Source: Candidatus Omnitrophota bacterium (GTDB taxonomy: Bacteria; Omnitrophota; JACPQZ01). Taken from it: 64,000 bases of DNA. Numbering within the stretch: position 1 is the first letter of the stretch; the number at the start of each line of letters is the position of its first letter. A program made the translations under genes and the position numbers. The notes below the pieces were generated by a model that saw nothing but the letters and a program-made list of their open reading frames with translations, ran no database searches and was not told where the DNA came from. The stretch is from contig JACPQZ010000048.1 of assembly GCA_016190205.1 (NCBI GenBank), positions 13,943 through 77,942 of the forward strand, written 5' to 3'. Of this stretch, positions 33,388 through 45,300 are shown one piece after another.

Positions 33388-36300
33388 ATGAATGTAAATA
33401 GCACCTATCTAGGACATTCAAAAAAGCGCCTTCGAGCGGTAGCCTGCCTTGTGCTGCAGGTTTTTATAACAACGGCCCTGCTTCCAGACTCTTACGCCCA
33501 AGATTACCTTGCCCCCTCCACGGTTTTTGGTCATCGAGGGTCCGCGGTGGACCAGCTTAAAACGCTCGCGGATATGTCGCGGGAAGAAGGTCGTGTTTCA
33601 GGCAAGCTTGAAAAGGCTGCAAATGGCCTCATGCTGGAGGCGGCTTACAAGTATGAGGGTGAAGAGCTCACGCGCGAGGAATTGGATAAGGCGCGTGGGG
33701 CACATGCTTTTATTTCTCGTCATGTAAAGGATGAAGCGGCGGAGGCGGAACGTGACGATTCCGAAGGAGTTGCCTCATCGGGCGACGGCCTTTCGGACCC
33801 TTCCCAGACGCCCGACTATCACTTGTCGGGGCCGGGAACCTATTTCGGCAAGGGGGATGTCCGCGAGCAGTTGGTCGATCCCTATCTGGACCGCGTCGTG
33901 AAAGATCCCGCCACGATCGTTATCCGGGAGGGGCAAGTAGTGCATGGACCTCTGGGGAAGGTTGAGCGCGGCCGGTATGAAGCAAAGTTCCGTGACCTGG
34001 AGAAGTTCCTGGGCTCGTCGCTGAAAGGTGTAGATTTCATCATCGTGGACAGCGAGAAGGCGAAGGGAGATTATGTGCGCAGTTCGGGAAAGGGCAGAAG
34101 ATACGTTCCGGCCAACGATGGAGATCGCGGCGCGATTCCGGTGACAAGGGATTATTACCACCTCCTTGAAAAGCCGGAAGACGGCTACGGCGAGCATGAC
34201 TTTCTCATTACGCAGGCCAGGCGCCATGCGCAGACGGGGAGGGAGCAGGTTTTCCTGAGCCGGCGGCTTTTTGAGGATATCCCGGCCTTTAGCCTGGTTC
34301 GCCACATCATCCGCAGTGCTTATCATCACGCCTTGATCCGCAGACCTGTCCCCAGTTATCGCACAGAATCTGTGGTTCGCCTCTTGGACGGTTGGACCCA
34401 GTTTCGGATGGATGAGCGCCGGCGCCGTCCCAATGTGATCCGGGCGATTGAAAATGAGATCGACCGGTTTGAGGATATCATTTTCGTTTTTCTGGGTGAG
34501 CGACCTAGGACTCAAGCGGAGCGCAGGGAGATCATCGCCCGAAATGAGGACCGCATTGCCGAGGCGCGCGCCTTTGCGGGCCGCCTCATGACAACCAACA
34601 CCTGGGTAGGAGAACTTAATGAGCCTCTGGGGCATTTGGGTACGCCTCTTATAGATGTCGACACAGGCAAAGAGACGGGGGAGGTCGTCTATCTGGTTGA
34701 AAACCGTGAGCCGGGCAAGGCCACACGCACCCAGCTCTTATACCGCCGCGGGGGAGAGGGCCCCCTCATTCAGATTATGCGGGACAACTGGTTTTTGCAC
34801 GGGGGCGAGTTCGATCCCCAGAAAAGGTATGGGTATTCCCAGCCTGAAATTTATGCCTTAAAAGAGCGCATCCTGGCTTCACCGCTCTTTATGCCCCGTC
34901 CCGAGCAGAAAGGCACGCCGGCGCACCAGCGCATCTTAAGAAGAAGGGTCGCCCGGGCGGATTGGTGGGGGGATGTCAGCGAATCCTTGAGCGGCGAGAT
35001 CAGCCGCTTGGATAAGAAAATCGAAGGCGAGCGGTTCGGCGCTCACGCCGTCTACGTGTTTGGCGAACGACTCACACGGAGGACGACCAGCGGTGTTCAG
35101 GGCCTCGGATTTGTTGAGGTGGATCTGGCGAAGGGCTCGCGCGAGCTCGTACTCTTTGACGCGGCAAGATTGGATACGATCGAGCAGACCTCTTTTCCCA
35201 TCAGGGCGCTGGATTACGTGCTGGACCAGTTCAAGGCGGCAGAGACCCTGGTCGTGCGACCTAGACGCGGTCTTGAGGTTCTGCAAGGTGCTGTGGATGA
35301 GCTCGTTCGTTCCGGAAGGCTCGCTCCAGAGTATGAAAAACGGGAAGCAAAGGCCAAGCTGGTCCGTTATAAAATCGTTAAGGAGGTGCCTGTCCCGGCA
35401 GCCATTTTTACACGCATCGCCAGACGCATTGAGACCATGATCGGCCGGTACGTTATCCTCGTGGGTGGCGGGACAGGGGCGGGCAAGACCCGGGGAACGA
35501 GCGAGATCGAGGCGATCGAGGAGGAGCTTAAGAATCGTCATCTGCCCCGCGCGCACAATGTCACGAAGGTGGATATAACGGATTATATAAGAAAGAAGGC
35601 GGAGAGGGATGGTCTCTATTTCAGGGGAAGACCCGACAATGGCTCCCCCCGAGCCTTTTACATCGATCTGCTCGTCGAGCAGATCCAGACGCTTCTTGAA
35701 GGGCGCGCCGTTCATCTTCCCGCGCGGGGGCAGGGCATCGTCAATACAAGCGGCGAGAACAGGGCCAGCTTCGGCCAGGATGACATCCTGGTCATCCTGG
35801 GCATTTATTCCATGTTGGAGGATGTGTTGTGGGCCATCAATGAGGTAAATGAGGCGCCGAAAGATCTGGAGTTCGAAAGCCTTGCCCCGCAGCTCATCGA
35901 GGCCCCCTATATCGATGAAAAGCCCCTGGATGACGGGCGCTTTTTGAATGTGCTCCGGGTGTTTCTGGATGTCGATCCGGACATCCGGCTCCTGCGCAAG
36001 ATAGGGCGCGATTACCGTGAGCGTGAGGCGAGCCCGCTGGACAGCATACGGCGCTGGGGCTATATCCGCCTCATTGAGGACGACCACATTCTGCCGCAGG
36101 CGCGGCACGCCGAATTTATCATCGAAAACGTGCGCGAAAATGAGCTGGAAATTTTAGCGCAAGACAGCGAAGAAGGAGCGCTCCGGTACCTGCGTGTGGC
36201 CTACGAGGAGGCCCTGGAGGAAGCCGGCGGGAATCCCGACCGGGTCGACGCCTGGGATATCGGGAACATCCGCCGTCTTTATGACGTCTTGGGGGTAAAT

Positions 36301-39300
36301 TTTGAGGGGGATATCGGGGAGCCGTCCAAACTGCCCCGACATTTACGCGACGGGCTCGCGCGGGGAGATGGCATCCAAACTGCGCTTCCGGACTTAGGGC
36401 ACCCGTCTCCGAAGGAACTGGCCGCGCGGACCAAGTCGGTGCGCAGGCTTCTTGACGAGACGGGGATTAAGCTGGATCAGGCCGTGCGTGAGAAGCTCGA
36501 ATCGAGTCTCGCGCAACGCTACCTGGGCGTTGTTGTCGGTGAAGACATTTTGCGGGAATTTTTGGCCGAGTTTAAAACAAGGGCCGATAGAGAGAAATGG
36601 GTTGTGAACCTTTTTTCCATAGAATCCTTTCTTCAGAACCGCATCCTATCTTATTACCTTGAACACGCGGACGAGATCCTCCGAGGGCAAGGTGATAGGG
36701 GGATCGTGGCTTCGATTGACGTTTATCTGCTGCCCAAAACATACACCGCCAACCGCCGCTTGGATCGCAAGAAACTGATCCGCCGCATGGTTTTTCTAAA
36801 CGTGATGAGTATGGCGTCGACCGGAGACAAGCGGCTCGGCAGCATATCGTGTCAGGGGCTTGCCCAACTGGTTTTTCCCAGTACGAACGAGCACGTTTAC
36901 GGACCGGCGCTTGAAGTGATGGTCGAGATGCTGGCGGCCTTTAATAATACGCAGAGGGTTCAGTTTTGGGAGGGATTCAAGCCCCTCCTTCAGGATGCCG
37001 CCGAGCTTCCCCGCTTTGGCCGCGCCCTCATGAGACTTGCCCCACGCATCGTGCGCGGTGAGATCGAGAGGGTCAGCCGCACGATGCTCTCTCAAGCCGA
37101 CTTTTTGGAGGGATATAGACACACGCTGGAGTACGTCGCGGCACTTTCCACCCCCGTCCGGGACGAGATGATCGAGCATGCCGTAACGCTTGCCCAATCG
37201 AAAGATCAGGATCAGGCGGTCATCGAATTCTTAAGGCAGACGGTTAAGGATTTGGAAAAAATCGGCCCGGTTACTCCGAAACTTCTTCAGCAGATGAAGC
37301 GGCGGGGCGAAAGGATAACAGCGGTCACCGTGAGCGGCGAACGGGACGGCCGCTCGGTGGATGAAAAGGGTATGCCGGTGGCCCTCGTGGCTGATTCGGA
37401 GGTCGCCTTTGAAGAACAGCTCACCTCTTCAAAGGACGTGACGATTCGTATGATGCTGCCCCGTGTAAAGGAGTCGAGCCGCGGTATAAAGCGCGCGCTC
37501 CTCGTAGCCGACATGCCGTACGGCACTTATCAGACCGGGCCTCAGGCGCTCAAAAACGCGCAGCTTTTCATAGAGAACGGCGCGCGGGCTGTAGAGATCG
37601 AAGGAGGCCGTGAGGCGGTTTCTGCCATCGGGGCCGTGGTCGAGGCTGGAATTCCCGTTATGGGTCACATCGGTTTTACTCCGCACACGAAGAGCGAGGC
37701 AAGAATCTACGGGGCGACGCCCCAGGAGCGGAGCGAGCTCTTGCTGGATGCCCTCGCGCTTGAGAAGGCAGGAGCTTTTGCGCTCGTCCTTGAGCGCGTA
37801 CATCCTGATACTGTGAGGGCCATCAGGGGCGCGGTTTCGGTTCCCCTCCTAGGTGTTGCCTCTGGAAATTATATAGACGGCCAGGTGATACGGTTGCTGG
37901 ATCTTCAGGCGGTACGGGGAGACGGGGTCGAAGAGCCGGGCCAAGGGATTCAGGAAGCTGAATTTTTCGAGAGGCTTGCCAAAAGCCGCGGGTCCTGGCT
38001 TCCGGAACCTGTCAAGCGCCAGGATGGCACGGTCGAGCGCGTGGATGATCGCCACCGCGTCATCTGGGCGACCGTTCCTCACCGTGAGGGCCCCCTGGAG
38101 GTCATTTTTGTGAGAGAGGAGAAGGACCCGGACGGGCGCACGGTTCTTGTTTATGAGGTCTGGCAGGGCGGCCGGAGGATTGATCTTTTAAGCGAGGAAG
38201 GCCTGCGCCGCGAGTTCCGGTGGGGGGTTGTCAGGAGTGAATTCGGAGAGGCCCAGGAAGTGTTTATGCATCCAATCAAGCTCGAAGAGGACGCCCGTCA
38301 CATGGGCATCGGGTTCGCGCTCGTGCAGTGGTCGTCGAACCGCGCCTTCGAGATCGGGGCGCCGCGCTTCACGGCTTCCGCGCTTTTCAATCCCAATATG
38401 CAGCCGCTCCTTGCCCGTGTGCTGGAACCGGGCAGTGTGAATATCACGGTCGTACGCGAGGACTGGAAGAAGCCGCTTACGGTCGCGACGCCGGAAGAGT
38501 TTTGGATTGCAGTGGGAGAGGTTCGTGTAGAGGGGGGTTATGGGGTACATTTTGAAGTGGACAAGGCCAGCCCGGGAGGGCTTAAAGTTACTACCAACGT
38601 GCCCGGGTTACACGATGCCGAAAACCGTCCTATCTCATTCATGGACGGGGAGCGATTGCGAAGTACTGTGGAGGTAGACGGTTATGCCTTGCGGGTGTTG
38701 GATCCCGTTGAAAAAGATGAGAGTGGACGACCCCGCTATCATTCCACCCGTTATTCGGAGGGTGTTTTAGTCTATTTTTCAGGACGGCCGGTGAGGGTGA
38801 TCCGGCAGAGGATCTTCAACGCGGCCTCCAACAAAATTTGGACCCCCGTGGCCGCGGCCGCTATTAAGTGGGTTGCGGGCCGCACGGAGCTTGGGGCCGT
38901 ACCCCTCGTCCCGCCCTGGGCAAGCGCCCGCCAGGCCAAACTCATCCTGCGGGAGGAGGTCATTCATTTTCAGGAGGCCATGGATCAGGTGGTCGCGCGC
39001 ATCAAAGACCACCGCCATGAAGGGGAGCCTTTCCACTGGTTGAGGGAACTCGCTCGAGATGCGATGTCCAGAATCAGATCTGACTCTCAAGAGAGGGTGC
39101 TTAGAATGCTGGATGAACTAAGAGACGCCACCACCCGCCAGCTTCAGATTGCGCGCGTCCCTGCCCACTGGATTTTCAGGTCTTTGGTCCGCAGGAGGCT
39201 GGAAGGAGGACTTAGGGCGCAGGATCCCGAGGTGGCGCAGGCACTCGAGGAGATAGCCAACGAAGTGACGGAGCGGATCCTCCACCGTTTTGACTTGGCC

Positions 39301-42300
39301 GAACCGGGGGCTTCGGAGAAAGAAGTGGGGGAAGCCGTCACAACCGAAATCAGGCGGGCAGAGAGGGTTTTTGCCGAGATGCGCCGTCGGAGCGAAAAGG
39401 CCGCGGAGGAAGCAAAGATAAGGGGGGATTCTACGGAGGCTTTCTACATCGGGATGACGGGCAACTATCTCGACGATATCGAGAAAGTGCTTAAGACACT
39501 CGTTAGAACAGAGAAAAAGCGAGCGAACTACTTGTTGGACGTTTTCTTTGAACCCTCCAGGCTGGTTCAGGTTCCCGAGGCAGAGGTAAAAACTCTTAGC
39601 GAGACGCAACAAGTGCTGCGCGATTTCCATATCAAGAAGCAGGCTTCGGCTATGAGCCAGGCGGCACCGGACATCGAGTTTCTTTTAACGACTCTTGTCA
39701 TGAGAATGGCCGGGAGCACATCCTTGAGTTATAAGGGAATCTCCAAGGACGAGCTTAAGATAAGCGTCGAAGACGAGGTGGTTCGTTTTGAGGAGGCCTA
39801 CCAGCCGATCCAAAAGATTGTGTCAGAGGGCTTGGCCGGGCGGGAGTGGGCCGATTTCGAAGGCAGCATCGCCTCGGAGTGGAAGGCGCTTTTGGGACCC
39901 GATCTTGAGAAGATTTTTGCGCAAGTGTCCCGGGGCGAGGAGGGCAGTGTCGTGAAGTTTGCCCTGGAGGCCCCCGGCAGGATTCTGGAGCGCATACGCG
40001 GCACGGACAGCTCCACGGCCGAGCAGGCCATGTACGACGTCGTGGAGGAATGGCTGGGCGGGGGCAGTCGTAATGCCGAGGAGGTCGCTGCGGTGGAGAC
40101 CATCGCCCGCTTTCTCATGTATCAGATGGAGGCAATACCCTCGCGGGATCCGGCATGGCTGCGTGAACCCAGGATCATGGTGGTAGACGGGTTGTTTGAC
40201 GTACGCGCGGCTGACGAGAAGATCGGAGCGTACAACGTGGTGGGATTCGCGTTCACGGAAGGGACCTCCAAATCCCATGTCTCCGATGTGTTGGCAGGCA
40301 GGAATATCCCGGTCATGACCGGTATTCCAAAAGAGTTGGTGGCCTTGATTCAGGGGGGCGAGAGAGTGATCCTGGATCCCATCCGCGGTGAGATAGTTCT
40401 CAATCCGGATGATGAAGGGGGGGAAATGAAGCGCCGGTCAAACCCAGAGCTTTTGAGGCGTGCCTGGGAAACCCGTTTCGACCCCGTCGTCACGCAGGAT
40501 GGAAAGACATTTAGAGTGTATGCCAATGTGAACGGGCTGGAAAACATCCAGGACCTCAAAGAGTGCGGCGCGGAGGGCGTGGGCCTGGTGCGTACCGAGT
40601 ATTGGTATCAGAATCCCGTGAAAAGGCGTACGGAAGAAGAGCTTGAGAAAGGGTTCCTGGAGCTTGCGGATGCCGTTCCGGGACCGGTCACGATCCGACT
40701 TTTGGACCGTGCTACCGACAAGGCTACGCCTGCGCTTAAGTCAGAAAAGGCGCTCTACGGCCTGCGTTACTTATTGGATGATCCGGAAGGACAGGAGGTT
40801 GCCCGGGAAGAGATGCGGGCTGCGGTGCGGGCGAATCTTAGGTCCGCCCGGAAAAATATCCGGATCATGGTTCCCATGGTCGCTACCCAGGAGGATGGAG
40901 AGCGCATCCAGTCGGTGTGGAAATCGGTGATAGTAGGGCTTCGTGATAAGGGTGCTTTGAGCGAGGACGACGTGGTTCCTCCGTTCGGTTACATGATCGA
41001 GCTTAGGAGCGCAGTGGCACTCGTTAAGACCCTCGCCCGGCAGGCGGATTTTTTCAGCATCGGACAGAATGACCTCGTCAAGTCATGGTTTAACGTGAGC
41101 CGTGACGAACCCCTGCACCGGCGCTACTTCGATCTCCTGCATCCGGAGATCTTGGAGGCCGATTCCGAAATTGCGGGTTCGAAGGAGGATTGTTCCTTGT
41201 GCGGCGCGAGCGCCCGCGACCCCGAGTTTTCGCTCTTCCAGGCTGTGCTGAAGTCTCAAGGCGTGAACCTGGATTCGAGCGTGGCTGTGCCAGGAGTTCC
41301 GATTACTAAGTTCGCGCTTCGGTCCATGCATACAGGCGAAGCCGCGCGGCTTTTTGAGCGTTGGCTCTCCGAGGAAAAGGATCCGGCCGAGCTCACCCGG
41401 CTCGCGCGGGAAGCGGCCGACCGTTTCATTGCCGCGGCCCTGGGAAAAGAGCCTGCCGGCGAGGGCGCGCCGGAGGGAGAGGGGGACGGAGTCGCGGGTG
41501 ATGGCGTAGCGGAGTGGAGCGGCAAGGCCAGGGGGGACGCGGTTTATGATCCTGTTCGTAATAGCGTCCGTTTTGAGCGGACGGGCGATAAGACGTGGAT
41601 TGAAACAGACCGCTCCGAGCTTATCGGAAAGACCTTTGTAACGGTAGGAATGGAGCATCTTAATCCGCATTTTAAGTATATCGATGCCGTTACTGCGAAT
41701 GCGAAAGGAGGTTTAGCTGCCCACGCGCTTGCCAAGCTTCAGGGGTGGAGCGAAATTGGTCTTTCGAAGAATGGGTCCTACGGAATATTTCCTCTTTATG
41801 CGTCTCCTGATCTGCGTCAGGAAGACAGAAAACCTCTCATTCACACTGTGTCCTATGTGGGAGAACCTGTCGAACAGGTCATCGATGTCAATGGCAAGCC
41901 TCTTTTCATCAAGGTCTATGGAGCTGGGGTTGGCGGGAACTTTAGGGAGAATATCCCCTATAATGTGGGGGTGATGTACACCCGGATCGCGGGAACCGAC
42001 GTGTTTTACTTGTACAACGGATCCGTTTTCAATTACCTCTACGATGCACCGCTGCTCAAAGTTCACCAGAACAGGCAGAATCGCTTTAACCAAGAGGCCA
42101 TCTTTGCCAAGGCGGCCCACCTTTTAATGAAAATATTGGCTAAAGAGGATCCCCACATCGTAGATCCCAAATTCAAAAGGTCCCTTCCGGCGCTATTGCA
42201 TTTTAACGAGGCGCACACGGCGCCCCTGGCCGAGATGGTGAGCCAAGATCCTGAAATGAGCGGTGTGGCCCTCGTGGGCACCAACCACACCATCGTAGAC

Positions 42301-45300
42301 GCCGGGCTTGAGCGGTATGAATTGGACAAACTTTGGTGGGGCTTTAAGCGAGCGTTCTTTGTATTGGGTACGGCCGAGGAGCATCACTACAAATATATCG
42401 TGGGAGACCGCATAGATTTCTCGAAGCCTTTTACGACGCTGTTGCACAAGATTAACGGTGTTTCTGAAGAGCACGGGGGTTTAACGCGCGAGCTTTACCG
42501 GAGGGCGTTGGGAGTAGATGTGGACGTAGCATCCGTCCTAAATGGTGTGAGTGATTTTAGGCGTATCCCCCAGCTCGTGCAGATGGAGCGTGAAGGCAAA
42601 GAGATTACCCCGCAAGTGTTGCTGAATCTCCACAAACAGGCGAAGCGGGAGGCGGTCGAGGATATTTTCCGAAGGACTGGTGTCAGGCTTGATGTTAACG
42701 AGCCCATTGTGGGTCTGGTGCGTCGCATCACTCCCTACAAGGGTCAGTACGATATACTTCGTTGGCTCGTGGATGTGATGACCGCACCGCGCGACCAGAC
42801 GTTTACTCCTGATAGCCTGTGGAGGGTATGGTCAGAAAAAACGATTGGACGTGAATTGGATAATCCTTCGAGCAATCTCCACGCAATTGGCAAGACCGTG
42901 CAACATCATCTTTTCAAAGATCGCCAGGAGATTCGCGGCCTGGGGTTACAGGTTGTGGTAGGGGGACCCGAGTATGAGGAGAGCTGGGTGCGGATCTTTA
43001 AGTCCTGGTCGCGTGAGGGTTCGCACCTTTATGGGAGATTCGTGTATGTACCCCAAGCTGATCACAAGCTCCTGGTCACCCAGGCCACAGGCTTTGAAGT
43101 TACGGCGGAAACCCCCTGGCCCAAACAGGAGGCTGCGGGGACGTCCGGCGACGATTCGAGTGGAAACGGTCATATCAGCGTGGCCTCTGCGCCCGGCACC
43201 GTGGAGCGCGCGATCAACGAGCTGGAATATCCTGGCGAGGGTACAGCTTACACCCTGGACGGCGCCAGGCTCTATGAAACCCCTGCCGATTTTTTAAGTA
43301 AGGCGCCGGCCGATTTTTTTGGGGTCTTTGAGGACACCTCGAACAAATGGTACGGGCACCTCGAGGTGGCGGCCCAGGGCGTTTCCGAAACGGAGACGGA
43401 TTATGCGATGCTCGTATGGAGGTCGTACCTGGGGTTCCATGGACTTTTGGAGGGAACAAAGGCGGCGACAGCCGAGAGGATGGAACGGGATTACGTGGAC
43501 CGGGTCTACCTCCCGGCGCTTAAGGAAGTGGAGCGATTGAAAGGGGTCCCCGGCTCGCAGGGCGATGGGGTTCAGGAAGACGGGATCAAGTCCGCATTGA
43601 CAGTCCCGCTCCACGAACTCAATGAGCGATTGACCCGGGAGATTGAGGGCGTGAAGGGCGACGGAGTAGACTCTATCCTCGCGGAACCTCTGCACGATCT
43701 GCGGGCGCGGCTTGAGCAGGAGTTGCAAGGAGTACCTGATGCATCGCCGGCGGCCGAGCAGAATGATAATGTTGCGCGTCAGAAGCTGGGATCCTGGTTA
43801 CGGAGAATCTGGCTCCGCGAATCCCGATGGATCTGGAGGCAAAATTCCCATCTGCCCATCCGTGTGCGCATGGCGCTCGCTACGGAGCTTTTGGATCGCC
43901 TCTTTGGCGCCATTTATGAGGCGACGCAGAAGCGGTTTGGAGAAAAGGCCAGCGAGATGGCCATTGTGGCCAGAGGAAGTTATGCGCGTTCCGAAATCAT
44001 GCCGGGCTCCGACATAGACGTCAGATTGCTGGTTCCCCACATCGATGTCGAAGATTTGAAGCGGGTGGAAGAGGAAGGCGGGCTGCCTGAAAAACATCTG
44101 GATTGTCACTTTTTTGCCGGGGTGATGAACAGTTCTTTCCCGAAAGCCGCGCTGCTCTTCAGTACTGTGGACGACGTAGTCCCTTGGGCGGGCGACGATG
44201 CGAAACAACAAGACAACGGTTATCTGGAAGCCTGTCTGGTGACAGGGAGCAGGGCGCTCTGGCAGAGGTGGCGCTCCGGCACAGTCGAGGCGCTTCAGTC
44301 TAGAGATACTTGGAAACTCCATGTGAGAGGAGTTCGGTCATCGTGGGATGAGCGGTACCGAAAGGCGCGGTTTTTAGAAGGGCTGCACCTGCGTCAGCCT
44401 GACCTCAAGGATGGTCTCGGCGGGCTTCGTGATTACCACTACGCTTACTGGCTGGGCTTGGGCGCTCTTGTCTTCCATGCGAATGACTTGGGATCGCTGG
44501 CAGAGAAGGAAGTCATTCGTGATGAGGAGGTGTGGCGGTTCTTAATCGATAGGAGTGTGGTCCGGTCCAGTGAAGTCGACAAGGTAAAAGAGGCTTACCT
44601 TGTGCTTCTTCGCATTCGGGCAGTCTTAAATCAGATCCATCCCGATTCGACCATCATGAATGTGGTGGACTACGAATGGGTCGCGCGCCAGCTCGGATAC
44701 CGGGATGGTCCTCGGGTGGATGTGGAACGGTTCTTAAGGGATTTCAGGAAAAGTCAGGAAACCGTATTTCATTTCGCCTATCGCGTGGTAAGACTGATCG
44801 GGGAGATGGCGGATCCTCCCCATGTGGTGACCGAAAACCGGGTGGGAGTTCCCAAGGGCATAAAATCCGTGCAGGTCGATGGATCGCTTTTGTCCTTCGG
44901 ACATGGCGTGCGTACCATGCGTCAAACGGTCCTCGAGATCGACGAGAAGATTGAAGGCCCTCGGGACATTGCGGTGACCCTCTTCGATGCCTTGCGCTAC
45001 GTATCGCGGCACCCTACCGCAGTTTTAAATGGGGCGTTCGTCGACGCCCTGGAATCACAGATCGCCGCGGGCGGTCCCGATAAGGCACGCCTTCAGCGCG
45101 AGTTTGGGAAATTTCTGGATTTCACCGAGGGGCCTATTTCCTATGGACTGCGTAATCTGCGGTTTTTAAGGATATCTGAAGACCCGGGCGGCATGCTTGC
45201 CGATATTCTTCCCTTTAATCATGACCTCGTTTATCCCATGCGGCTTGAGCCCCCCCATCGCTTGACGCTGGATATGTACCTTTTGAGAAACCTGGACGTA

